A stretch of DNA of 64,000 nt from an uncultured Candidatus Altimarinota bacterium (GTDB taxonomy: Bacteria > Patescibacteriota > Gracilibacteria > BD1-5 > UBA2023): positions 2,536-66,535 of the forward strand of contig CAKZJF010000082.1 of the NCBI GenBank assembly GCA_936941205.1, given 5' to 3'. Positions 12,707 through 24,859 of the stretch are shown in pieces (within the stretch, counting starts at the first letter, position 1; each line of letters begins with the position of its first letter). A model generated the notes under the pieces. It saw nothing but the letters and a program-made list of their open reading frames with translations. It did not search any database and was not told the DNA's origin. The translations under genes were made by a program, and so were the position numbers.

Positions 12707-13768
12707 ATGCATGCATATACCCTCTGATACACCAATAATCCAGTAATAGAAAAATATACTTTCCACTATGAATCAATTCTTCGTGAAAAGATACAAAAGC
12801 TTAACACTGATGGAATAATTTCAAGTGAATTCCTCTCACTTCCGAGTGAATTTTTATTAATACCTGATATTTCCAGTAATTTTGATTCATTTGATGCAAA
12901 AGTTCTCCCATTCTTATGAAATGAATGGGAGAACTATAAAAAAAGCTGACTTGATTGAATGGAATCTACAAAAGGAAAAAGGATACCATGAACTCAAATA
13001 CTCCTTACTCCCCATGATTGGAATCCAGATAGATATCTAGAAGCTCATCCAGATCGTATAAACTCATGAAATACCCTTGATTTTTGATGAAAAAGTGATA
13101 GCGAATGGTTCCAACTTTTTGAAAAAAGCTTTGCAATCCTTACCGCTATATCACCTGGATTTACGGATGAACTCAGTAACATGATACGAAAAATAATTCC
13201 AATGGGGATAAGTCATGGAACACATAATTCAGCATCGTATTCTCGATGTATCGGGCATATATATATGAGTTACCCATCTGGCATGCAATATAGTGAACTT
13301 GCACTCCTTGAGGCCATTATTCATGAATCAAACCACAATAAACTCAATCTCATTTTGCGATGTGAACTACTCCTGAATAATACATTTCATGAAATCTACT
13401 ATTCCCCGTATCGCCCCGATCCTCGTCATATTCATGGAATCTACCTTTGACTTCATGCCATGGTTTGAGTATTCTCTATTTTCTTTGAAGCAGTAGAGCG
13501 ATGACTTCTCATACTCGATGGAGGATGGATGGAAAAAAGTCTTGCTTATGTCATGAAGAATGCTCTTTCCATTCGCGTACTTGAACGGTATGGGCAGTTT
13601 ACAAAGAAATGAGAAGAAATATTTTTGGAAATGAAAACTCTACACCAAGAAACTTCAAATCGCATTAAATACTTAGCCATCCCTGATGAATTTCGTCATC
13701 ATGCAACCGAAAGAGTTCATGAACATTTTAAGAAAGCCTTACACGATGCTCCATTTATTCATTATTAA
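12707..13768 (+). CDS. HExxH-motif domain protein (possibly aKG-HExxH-type peptide beta-hydroxylase family)
   Basis: Frame of ORF 13181-13450 extends across TGA from ATG 12707 to TAA 13766-13768. AIIHESNHNKLN (HExxH), followed by YSPYRPDPR..HG..LGLHA. Confidence 0.6.
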
Positions 13769-13777
13769 TATGTTCTT

Positions 13778-16765
13778 GTGTCCCAGATATATAATAGTTC
13801 CCTTCATTCAACTGCACGAATTTTACTTTTTCGTGAAAAATACAACTCAAAGGAAAAATATTACATTCTCTCCGATGATGAGAAAGAACTTATAAATTGG
13901 GAAAAAATAAGTGCTTTTATTATTGGAAAGCAAGCCATAAGAATTCATACTCATACTGATTTATTTCTAGCAAATCAGAAAACAACTGGAATATATTTGG
14001 TGCATACTCATATATTTGAAGGCACCCATACACTTGACTATATATTTGGAAGAAATTCTTTTTTCATAGAACGTTGAAATTCTATAGCCCCTGAAATCAT
14101 AGTAGAAAAACTCGTAGAACTTTGATATATTTTTAAGGATTTTCCTGAACAATCAGGTGAATATAAGCGTGAGGGTGATGTTATTCGTGTAATGGATCAC
14201 TGGAATGAATACGAATATATTATTGAGTATTTTGATAGTGAAATCGATGATATTATTTCGATAGAGAAATCAACCGGAAAGAGAGAACATAAACAAAATA
14301 TTTCTCTCATACGCAAAAATATTACCATCGACGAAAATCAAAAATCTATACTCAACAAAGAAATTCTCCAAACACTTATTGAGTCAAAAAATAATTACTG
14401 GTATATAGGATGAGATTTTCTTCCCTATAATGAAGCGCTCATAAATACATTTCCTCAAGAAAACACCTCTCTATTTCCAGGTCTTCCATCTGATGAATGA
14501 ATCCGTTGCACCTATTTGTATCCTTCTATTGATACCATAGAATCCCTTAAAACACTGGTAGAAACCTACGCCTCAAACACGACAATTTATACAAAATATC
14601 CTCGAAGTTTTCATGAATTTCTTGAATATAATGGAATATCCTCTTGCCAAGTAAAAGAAACTTCCACTCAACATCTAGAAAGTTATCTCGATGAAAAAAA
14701 TAAGAAACTCATACTTTGTGATGATATTCTTGGAAAGATATTCGTACGAAAAAGAACCAAAAAATCTCTTGCAAAAAATCTTGATCTCCTCCTTCATATT
14801 CAATCATGAGATTATGTCGTTCATAGGGATCATGGAATCGGTCGTTTTGAACAAATTATAAGTAAAGAATTGGCTGGAATAAAACGAGAATACATGGAAC
14901 TATTATACCTTGATGGTGATAAAATCTTTGTACCACTTACTGAACTCTATAGATTAAGTAAATATGTAGGTGAAAATTCACCACTTCTTACGAATCTAAA
15001 ATGAAAAGAATGGGAACGGCTCATGAAAAAAACAGATGAAGAGATTGAAAAGATTGCTGAAGAAATACTGGAAACGGGAGCAAAAAGAGCGATTGCAAAA
15101 TGAACATCCTTCCCTGCTTTTCATGAACAAGAAAACACATTTCTTCATGCCTTTAAGTACATCCATACTCCCGATCAGATTGAAGCGATATGAGAGATAT
15201 TTGCAGATATGGAATCAGATCAGCCTATGGACCGACTCCTTTCTGGTGATGTATGATTCTGAAAAACAGAAGTTGCCATGAATGCCATATATAAAGCGGT
15301 TCTTGCTGGAGCTCAGGTAGCAGTGATATCACCACTGCTTGTTCTTTCCGACGAACATGCAGAAACTTTTTCAGAGCGGATGGGTTGATTTGGTGTTCGG
15401 ATTGCAAGTCTTACCCGAATGACGAGTAAATCAGAAGAAAAAGAAATACTCCGTGATCTTAAAAATGGAAAGATTGATGTCATCGTATGAACCCATCGAC
15501 TCCTATCTGAAGATATAATTTTTCACCAACTCTGACTTCTCGTTATCGATGAAGAACATAAATTTGGTGTTTCACATAAGGAACGCTTCAAACAATTCAA
15601 GGCACATATTGATATATTATCACTTTCAGCTACTCCAATACCACGAAGCTTAAATCTCGCACTTTCCGGAATCAAGAAAACATCACTCCTTACTACTCCA
15701 CCAAGAAATAAAAAACCCATTAGAACACTCGTCAGTCGATGGGAAGATTTTACCATCGAAAAAGCGATTAAAACAGAAATGGAACGAGGTGGACAAGTTA
15801 TTATCCTTCATAATAGAATAGCAAGCCTTGATACCATCGAAAAGGAAATCAAAAATATACTTCATGATGCAAGTATCAAGATTATTACGACTCATGGAAG
15901 AATGAATGGAGATGAAATCGAAGAGAGAATTCATGATTTTAAGAAAGGAAAATATCATATTCTTCTCACTACAACCATTATTGAAAATGGTGTAAATTTT
16001 CTTTCTGCCAATACTATTATAATAAGCAATGCTGAAGAATTTTGACTTGCTCAACTCCACCAATTAAGATGACGAGTTTGACGAAAAGATGTAGAATGAA
16101 TTTGTTATCTTTTATATAGAAAATACGAACTCGTAGGAGAGGAAAAAGAGAGAATTATTACTCTGGTGAATAATACACATCTTTGAGCTTGATTCGAGAT
16201 TGCGATGCGAGATATGGAAATTCGTGGTGCTGGAGACATACTCTGAATCCGCCAATCTGGAAAATCAAAAGATGTAGGTCTCAGCCTATACTTTCAATTG
16301 TTAGAAGAGAAAATCAGCGAAATTAAAAATCAAAAAAATTATACACTCCCACCATGCAAGATTGAGCTGGATCTTTCATATTCGATAGAAAGTACGTATT
16401 TTGAAAATGAAATCGATAAGATTACTTTTTTTCGAGATATTGAATCCATCGAAACAATCGAGGATATCTATGGAGTAGAACAAAGTTTTATTGATGCCAA
16501 TGGTACTATTTCAGAAGAAGGAGAAAATTTCTTTCTTCTTATAAAGTCACGTCTGATTCTCCAAAAATATGGCATCATCTCTCTCAAAAAAGTTGGTGCG
16601 AATTATCTTTTCGATTTCCATGAGAAAAATCCTATAGAAAAACTCAAAGAATTCTTAGAAAAATTCGATAAATCAAAGAACTATACCCTCCTATCTACCT
16701 ATAAAATCCGAGTGGCAACAAAACATTGGAAAAATACGAAAGGATTTCTATGAGGATTTCTATAA
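13778..16765 (+). CDS. mfd: transcription-repair coupling factor
   Basis: ORFs 13778-14077, 14192-14413, 14516-14809, 15779-16045 and 16298-16753 share one frame. Walker A GDVGFGKTEVA (both Gly after V are TGA), LLVIDEEHKFGV, SATPIPR and QLHQLRGRVGR. True stop TAA 16763-16765. Confidence 0.9.
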
Positions 16766-16814
16766 GAAATAGAAAAAATACTTTTGATAAGATAGTATTA
16801 AATATCTTTTTTAT

Positions 16815-16844
16815 AAAAAACTCTCACTGTATGAGAGTTTTTTA
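16815..16844. terminator. bidirectional rho-independent terminator
   Basis: aaaaaactctca / tgagagtttttt with loop ctgta, between convergent mfd and prfA. Confidence 0.7.
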
Positions 16845-16862
16845 TATGAAAAAAGAGAATTA

Positions 16863-17942
16863 TTACTTTGCCCCACGAGCAGCTGCCTCAAGTTTTGCAG
16901 TTTGATCAGCAATAGCAAGGGCATCTATAATATCAGCAAGATCCCCTGTCATGATAGTTGGTATATTTGAAAAATTTGCATTAATACGATGATCAGTAAT
17001 ACGATCTTGTGGAAAATTATAGGTACGAATTTTTTCACTTCTATCCCCTGTTCACACCTGTGCAAGACGAGCATCTCAGAGTTCTTTTGCACGCTTTTCT
17101 TCTTCAAGAGCAAAAAGCCTGGCGCGAAGAACAGAAATGGCTTTTATCTTATTCTGAAGTTGTGAACGTTCATCTTGACATTCAACTGCCAATCCACTTG
17201 GAAGATGAACCACACGTATGGCGGAATTTGTTTTATTTACATGCTGTCAACCTGCGCCACTCGCTCGACAAGCAAGAATCTCAAGATCCTCTTCACGGAT
17301 TTCTATATCAAAATCCTCTACTTCAGGAAGAACTGCCACAGTAATGGTAGAAGTGTGAACTCGTCCATTTTTCTCTGTATTTGGGATACGTTGAACTCGA
17401 TGAACTCATGATTCAAACTTAAACCGAGAATAGGCACCAATTCCATCAATTTTATAAATTACCTCCTTATATCCACCAGCATCATTCCAAGACTCACTCA
17501 TAATCTCAACGGTATATCATCCAGCTCGGGCAAAATTTACATACGCTCCAGCCAGCTCATGGGCAAATAAACCAGCCTCATCTCATCAAACTCAGGCACG
17601 AATTTCTAAGATTACATTCTTTTCATCGCTTGGATCCTTGGGAAGAAGTGCAATCTTGAGTTCTTCTTCAAGTACTGGGATTCTCAACTCAGCATCAGCA
17701 ATCTCCGATTTCATAAGTTCGAGCATTTCTGGATCTTTTTCATTACTGACTAATGCTTTTGCTTCATCATAGTTTGCATAGAGAAGCTTGTATTCTCGAT
17801 ACAATTCCACCGTTTTTTCCAGTGATTTCTTCTTTTGATTTACAGTCTTCAATCGTTTAAGATCACTATAAATAGTTGGATCTGAAAGCTCGGTTTCATA
17901 GGTTTCATAGTCGGTAATCAGGGTGTCGAGTTGGAACTTCAT
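16863..17942 (-). CDS. prfA: peptide chain release factor 1
   Basis: 359 aa. N-terminus is ORF 17592-17942. [17 protein letters not shown] (PxT-type RF1 motif, not SPF) and SGAGGQHVNKT (GGQ). Ends at TAA 16863-16865. Confidence 0.9.
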
Positions 17943-18140
17943 GGGGGAAAATAGTAAGAATAAGTGCTCGAGTGATTGTATTCACAGAAAAACGACATAC
18001 ATTATACAGAAAAAAATAAAAAGTCGAGAGGAACAATGTGAAAAAGTTGGAACACTTCTTGTGTTCATGGTCTATAATTTTCAGTTGATTCTGATATATT
18101 TATGGGTATAAATGGGGCCTAAAAAAATAAATATAATTTT

Positions 18141-18162
18141 GCCCAGATGGTGGAATGGTAGA
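18141..18162 (+). pseudogene. orphan copy of the first 22 nt of tRNA-Leu
   Basis: gcccagatggtggaatggtaga is identical to 18267-18288. No matching 3' acceptor strand (tctgggc), anticodon arm or T arm in the next 100 nt. Confidence 0.5.
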
Positions 18163-18266
18163 TGTGTGACCAAAGGGATCCATACCCCCGAGAACAAGAC
18201 TTGTGATAGCAAGACGACATTCGAGAGGGGTACACGGAAGAAAAACAAATAGATCAAAATTCATTT

Positions 18267-18350
18267 GCCCAGATGGTGGAATGGTAGACACGGAGGACTC
18301 AAAATCCTCTGCCTTCGGGTGTGCGGGTTCGAGTCCCGCTCTGGGCACCA
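18267..18350 (+). tRNA. tRNA-Leu (anticodon CAA)
   Basis: Acceptor gcccaga/tctgggc, anticodon stem gagga/tcctc with loop ctCAAaa, long variable arm, T loop ggttcgagtcc, encoded CCA. Confidence 0.9.
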
Positions 18351-18391
18351 GTAAAATACTCTCTCCTTTTACTTCTTCATCTTGATATGAA

Positions 18392-19324
18392 ATGGAAATC
18401 ATCAAATTGGATCGTATCAAACAATGGATAGATATTATCAATCCATCCGTTGAGGAAGTAGATGAAATTATGGAAAAATATGATTTCCATTCACTAGATC
18501 GTGATGCTATATTAGAAGAAAACCAGTATGCACGTATAGATACGTATGATGACTATCTTTTTATCGTACTTCACTTTCCAAAACTCGAACCAAGAAGTAA
18601 ACGATATATTCACAATGAATTTAACATATTTATATCGAAAAACTATCTTATTACTTTTCGTTACTTTAATACCTCTGCTGTAAAACAGCTTCAGGAAAAA
18701 TACCAAGATATTAATGCAGCAAAAAAAGAAATGGAGGATGAAGATATGCCTTTTAATACCGGTATTATCTTGTATGAATTGATTGATAATCTCCTCATAA
18801 AGGTAATGCGAATGATTGAATATTTCTGAAAGGATCTCAGAATGCTCGAAAATGAACTCCTCAGTAGCAATAGCGAAAAGCTGATTGAAGAAATCATGAT
18901 AAAAAAGAGAAATATCATTACTCTCAAACACATGATTAAACCTCAAATTGCAGTACTGAAACTCATAGAAATTCGTATGAATGAACTCTTTAACGGTGAG
19001 GTTGAATTGTATTTTGAGAATCTTGAAGATAAATTGGATAAAATTTATTCTGACATTCAACTCCTCCAAGAAAATATTGATTCCATGGAAGATACGTTAA
19101 AAAGTGTATTTGAATTAAAAACAAATACTACAATGAAACATTTGACAATATTTTCTGCGGTTATGCTTCCTCTTACATTGGTTACCAGTTTTTTTGGAAT
19201 GAACGTAGAACAAGCCACATTTCCAAACAGTATTATACTTTTTTCTATTCTATTTACTTTTGTAGGACTTGGTATATTTGTCTATTTTCTTATGCGATGA
19301 CCCAAACTTTCTTTTAAACGCTAA
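18392..19324 (+). CDS. corA: CorA-family magnesium/cobalt transporter
   Basis: ORFs 18392-18829 and 18842-19300 are in one frame. FFGMN signature followed by a C-terminal TM helix. Stop TAA 19322-19324. Confidence 0.9.
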
Positions 19325-19340
19325 ATAAACTCCCCATCTC

Positions 19341-20105
19341 ATGATTGATACCCTTCGCTATACCTATATACCACTCACATTAGCGACTATATTTCTTTCA
19401 ACCACACTCCATGCTCCGAGTATTGCATCGGAGGGATTAGAAAAAACTCAAGAAAGGAGTATGGAATCGAAGGAACTCGTTTCTTTTTGAAAATCTACCA
19501 TCTATAGTCCAAAATACTCTTTTTCAATAACACCAAAAATAGATAATAATATAGAAAAATACGTTGGGAAAAATACTCCGCTTGATAATATTCATTATAT
19601 ACCAGAAGACTTAATTCCAATCAAGAATACATATATCGATGAACGTGGAAGAAAGAGTAAACTTCGAAAAGAAGCTGCTGAACAACTTTGGAGATTAGGA
19701 GAAGCCTTCTTCTCTGAATTTGGAACAGGACTTATAGTAGTGAGTGGATATAGAAGTTATAGTTATCAACAACAACTCCTAGATCGCTGATGTTCACCTA
19801 CCCTCTGTGCACCTCCTGGTCACAGTGAACACCAGCTCGGACTCGCTATCGATATCCTAGAAGCTTCAACCAAAGAGATATATGATACCAATCCGCTCTA
19901 TAGAAAGTATTATGCCTGGTTCAAGAGAAATGCTCATCTCTATGGATATCATCAAAGCTATCAACGCTGATCAGAGCTTGATGGATATCAGATAGAACCT
20001 TGGCACTGGAGATATCTTGGAGTTACTCTTGCAACTCAACTCTCTGAACTTGGTTGGACCTATGGAGAATATAATGAATTTCAGACTTACTTAAGTTCAA
20101 AATAA
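19341..20105 (+). CDS. D-alanyl-D-alanine carboxypeptidase, peptidase M15B (VanY-like)
   Basis: N-terminal TM/signal segment. SGYRSYSYQ, SEHQLGLAIDI and EPWHWRY motifs. Internal TGA read as Gly. Confidence 0.85.
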
Positions 20106-20120
20106 CAATAATACATATTA

Positions 20121-20148
20121 AAAACACCTGAATTATTCAGGTGTTTTT
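20121..20148. terminator. bidirectional rho-independent terminator
   Basis: aaaacacctgaat / attcaggtgtttt perfect hairpin between convergent genes. Confidence 0.75.
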
Positions 20149-20172
20149 ATAATTAAAAGATTTAGAAAAGAA

Positions 20173-21204
20173 TTATGGAGCGCATGTGGAAGAAACATAT
20201 GTCCATGCATGATTTGAACATGTTGCGGTGTAATTTCCAATTCCAGGTGCCGTCGAATCAACTACGGTATAATTTGATCAATGAGCTGTTGCAGGCCAAC
20301 TTCATGAACAATTTGCAGCCCATGATGCCGGTCATCCAGGTTCACAACACAATGTTGGCGTTCCAGAACATCCAATAGCATTTGTTCATCCCCCAGATCA
20401 CATACAATCCCAAGTATGACTTCAGCAAAGTACACTTGTACCTATATCATTTGCCTTTGTTCCAGCTGTACATGATCCTGTTGTAAGTGTTGAGAGTTCA
20501 GTGAGTCCTCCACAAACACCATTTACTACTGGGATACATACTGGATTCGCTTTACTACATCAAGCCGATGAACTTCCTCCATTTAATCAGGTACATTGCC
20601 ATGTTCTCGTAGTACTACAAGCGGTTTGACCATTATCATTATAAGCAGATCCTATACTACATCAAAGTGCAACCGTATTATTACATGATCCATTTGTTTG
20701 CTTTCAAGCCCAACAACTTATATTAGTTCCACCATTTGGACTATTACAATTCCAGTCATACTTATAATCAGATGCTACTGCTGTTGTATCTGTCCAGGCA
20801 ATTGTTGAGTATGCATCACAAAGATTCATTGAAGGTTGTGATGCTACATTCGTAGTATGACTTGTTCCACAACTTGCATTACATGGCATAGTGCAAGTTC
20901 CATTGTCATAGGTTTCTATGAGTGATTTTGCCCCAGTATATGGATCCCAGGTAGCACAATTTGCCACTGCTACTGCAACGGATGTTCCATCTCCATCTTC
21001 ACGAACACACTTTGCTGTTCTTTTTTGTCTTCCATTATTTATTCAGCATCCAGCACTTGGTATTTGAACTTCACAAGCATACCGTGTAGCTCCATCCCAT
21101 ACCCATTTATATCTCCAAGTACATGCTGGTGCAGCATTGAGCACATCAGTCACATATCCTCAGAGAAGGATGAAAATGATGAAGAAAGAAAGGATAGTGC
21201 GCAT
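20173..21204 (-). CDS. secreted Cys-rich repeat protein (343 aa)
   Basis: ATG 21204 is in frame with ORF 20704-20967 and TAA 20173-20175. Signal peptide MRTILSFFIIFILL. Repeated xWxCxG..GG....C modules. Confidence 0.7.
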
Positions 21205-21239
21205 AATGAAAGAGTGAGTGATTTTATATAGAAATTTTA

Positions 21240-22661
21240 CTACACAAATAATTTCCAAAGAAGAAGAAAAATTCCTGCCGAAAGAGTAATAGTAACGGGA
21301 AGAGTTAATACCCATGCCATGAGAATATGTCGAATAGTCCCTCATTGAAGTCATCACTTTCCATGTTCAAAGGTCATAGTACCTGCAATTCCAGAGGAAA
21401 GAATATGAGTTGTACTTACTGGGAGTCAAAGTTTTGTAGCAGTTCAAATTGTAACAGCAGTAATAAGGGCTCCCGTAGTTGCCTGAGCATAATTGAGTTT
21501 TTCTTTTCCTATCTTTTCTCAGATAGTTGTAACAATCCTTTTCCATCCCACCATAGTACCAGCACCGAGTGCGATAGAAATCATGGCTAAAATCCACCAA
21601 GGAGCATAATCAGTTGCCGAACTAATGTTATCTATTGATGCTTTAAGACTCAGTAAATCAGCTGGAGCAGAATTAAAACTATCTGCCTGTACTTTTGGAA
21701 TAAAAGCATACTTCTGTTCCGACATAACTTTATAGTCCTTCTGGATTTTTAAAATATGTTTTCTCACTTCAACTTTTTCGGTATTTGATAAAACCTCTTG
21801 TTCCAAGAGAGTTTTCAGTCTTGCAACATGGTCGCGGGTTTCTCAAAATACAATCTTCTCAGAAGTTTCAAAACGAGTTTCATCAACCGCATTGAGTACA
21901 GAATCAACATGAGTAATATTCGTTCGAATTTCCGTCATATTAATACTTGGATTGATCGCAAAAGAGGCAGGTACTAAGCTAATAAGAATTAACATTGCAA
22001 GTCCTACTCATTTTTGCCCGTCATTACTTCCATGTGCATAACTTACAAATCAAGACACACCTATAAGTAAATATCGAATCCAGTTCTTTGGCTCACGATT
22101 AAAGAGCCATCCTGGTCGCTTGAAGAAATCAGAAGAAGTTACTATTTTATGAAGTAAGCCCATACAAAGAAATGCAAGCCCAAATCAGATAAGTGGAGAA
22201 ATCAGAAGCGACTTAAACACTTCTTCGGCTTTTGCCCAACTAGGTATAACAGAAGGGTCAAGATATTGCATTGCAATACTTACCCCAAGAATTGATCCGA
22301 TCAATGCATGAGAAGAGGAAGATGGAATTCCTAAATACCAAACACTCAAATTCCATATAATAGCTGAGAAGAGGAGAGAAAGAATAAGTACTACTCAAAA
22401 AGAAAGAGATTTTTCTACAATAATATCAAGAGGAAGAAGATGCATAATTCCCATGGCAACACCTATACCTCATGTTAATACACCCAAAAAATTCATAATC
22501 GCAGCAAGAAATACGGAACGTACTGGTGAAAGCGAGTTTGTATAAATTACTGGAGCAACTGCATTTGCAGTATCATTCATTCCATTAATAAACTCAAAAA
22601 TAATAATAGTTCATAGACAGAATCAAAGAAGTACGAGAATTTGTGGATCAATACCAAACAT
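21240..22661 (-). CDS. inorganic phosphate transporter, PiT family
   Basis: 473 aa, polytopic. INGMNDTANAV and HGSNDGQKG PiT signatures. ORF 21519-21806 is in the same frame. Stop TAG 21240-21242. Confidence 0.9.
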
Positions 22662-22755
22662 ACAGTAAATGAAAAGAAGATAGATCATAAAGGAAAAGAA
22701 TGGAACCTTTTCTCATATCAGGTATCATACCATGATATATATATAAAAGTCAAAA

Positions 22756-22780
22756 AATCCCCTCGTACAATGAAGGGATT
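22756..22780 (-). terminator. possible terminator of gatA
   Basis: Imperfect stem aatccc / gggatt with a 13-nt loop, followed by a T-run on the minus strand. Confidence 0.4.
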
Positions 22781-22796
22781 CTATGTTTTAGCTCTA

Positions 22797-24236
22797 TTAT
22801 ATGTTTGGCTGCTTTGATTGGATTTTTTCTTTCAAGGCCTTTTCTAATATATTTCCTACAAGGAAACACTTCTCTTCTCCAAGACTTGGACCAAGAATTT
22901 GAAGTCCAACGGGAAGTTCTGTGGTTCACCCATCTTCTGGAAGACTATATCCAACTGGAACCGTGAGGCCAGGAAGTCATGCGAGAGATCCATTTACCGT
23001 AAAAATATCAGAAAGATACATTTTGAGTGGATCATCGGTTTTTTCTCCTATTTTCCATGCAACCGATGGTGCAGTTGGAGTAACGATGACATCTACTTTT
23101 TCAAAGGCTTTTGCAAAATCATCACGAATCAACTCACGAACTGCGGATGCTTTTTTATAATATGCATCATAAAAACCACTCGATAAAACAAACGATCCAA
23201 GGATAATACGTCTCTGTGCTTCTTCTCAAAAACCAGTCGTTCGATTTTTCTTTGTATCAGATCCAATACCATCCATATGACCATATCGAATACCATCATA
23301 TCGAGAAAGATTCGTAGAAACTTCAGCTGGCATAATAATATAATACACGGCTAATCCATATTCGGTATGTGGAAGACTAATATCTATAATTTCAGCACCA
23401 AGAGAACGCAGCATCTCAATACTTGCATCAATTTCCTTTCGAACTCATACTTCAATACCATCAATAAAATATTCTTTCGGGATACCAATTTTTATTCCGT
23501 TTAAGTCTTTTCTTTTCCAAATATCTGGATGAATAGTAACGGGTGATGATAAAGAGGTAGAATCTTTTTCATCCTTTCAGGCCATAATTTCATAGAGAAA
23601 TGCTGCATCTTCTACGGTACGAGTAAATGTTCCTGGGGTATCGAGACTTGATGCCATGGAGATAACTCCATACCGGCTATTTCTTCCATATGTTGGTTTA
23701 AATCCAACAATTCAACACATACTTGCAGGCTGCCGAATAGATCAACCTGTATCTGTTCAAAGTGCTGCGGGAACAAGTCAGGCAGCTACTGCTGCTGCTG
23801 ATCAAGATGAAGAACCACCTGGAATTCGTTCTAGATCCCAAGGATTTCGAGTAATACGAACAGCACTATTCTCACCACTTCATCCCATTGCATACTCATC
23901 GAGATTCAGTTTTCCAATGCTCACCGCTCAGGCTTTTTTCAGTCGATCAGTGATAGTAGATTCATATGGAGGAATAAATCATTCCAACATATGTGAGCTT
24001 GCTGTTGTAGCTACTCATTTTTCACAAAAAAGATCTTTAATTCCCAAAGGAACTCAAGCAAGTGATGAATGAATATCTCAATACGCTATATTTTTTTCTA
24101 CCAAATTAAATGCCTGTATCTTTGAATCTATAGATTCTATGCGACTTAAATAATATGCATACACTTCTTTCTGTGAGAGATTTCAGGCCTGGATTTGTTG
24201 TATCAACTCCTTCAATGAGTAATCTTTTATTTCCAT
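22797..24236 (-). CDS. gatA: Glu-tRNA(Gln)/Asp-tRNA(Asn) amidotransferase subunit A
   Basis: 479 aa. Amidase signature GGSSSGSAAAVA and GTDTGGSIRQPA. ORF 23226-23414 is in frame. Stop TAA 22797-22799. Confidence 0.9.
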
Positions 24237-24345
24237 AAAAAAACTATAAAAATGATATGTGGGAGTATATGAAAAAGGAAAGGAAAAACAAATTTTGACA
24301 AAAAGAAGTATTATCCATAGAGTATGCTCATATTATATTTACACC

Positions 24346-24738
24346 ATGGAAAAAGAAATACTCGGAACCCCTGTAAGTGGAATTGGCTGAAAATGAATAC
24401 ATAATAAAACAGTGGAGGATCAATATCTTGAATCTTCACAATGAAAAGAAGGAAAGATACGGAAGTGACTCTCTGATTTTTTTGAAGCCATGATGAGCTT
24501 TCCTTCGATTTTAGCTATCAGACATCAACTCATGGAGATACTCAATAATCAAAACAATAGACCGCTATTTCCAGTATGATCAGATAGAATGCATCCTGAT
24601 ACTACTGATGGAAAAAGGAATTGAGATTATAGGAATGAAAATATATCAAAATGACGAACATGAATACGTGGAAATAAATCATGACATGATACTATTCAGA
24701 TGAAAAATCAATGAAGCAAGGATGAAAAAACTCACTAA
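24346..24738 (+). CDS. hypothetical small protein (uncertain, see findings)
   Basis: ATG 24346 opens a frame that becomes very TGA-dense after about 24570. A second overlapping frame (24515-24766) looks more protein-like. Confidence 0.3.
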
Positions 24739-24859
24739 ATACCGTACCTGAGACTTGCTTTTTTAAAGAGAATCTATAGTATCAATCTATTGAAGCGCAT
24801 TACATGCACGAAACAAAATTCGTGCATTTTTTTCACCCATATTTCTTCAACTTTTCCAT

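Noticed and set aside
12230-12766. 178-aa minus-strand ORF.
   Set aside because: It is antisense to frr and to the start of the HExxH gene, has a low-complexity hydrophobic composition and no motifs. Typical shadow ORF in AT-rich DNA.
15683-16063. 126-aa minus-strand ORF (and similar ones at 23656-24072 and 28127-28501 on the plus strand).
   Set aside because: Each lies antisense to a well-supported gene (mfd, gatA, giant surface protein). No recognisable motifs.
18141-18240. A second complete tRNA-Leu, or an intron-containing tRNA.
   Set aside because: Only the first 22 nt match. There is no 3' acceptor strand, no anticodon arm and no T arm. About 100 nt is too short for a group I intron.
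18512-19069. 185-aa minus-strand ORF.
   Set aside because: It is antisense to corA, whose GMN motif and single continuous frame explain this region.
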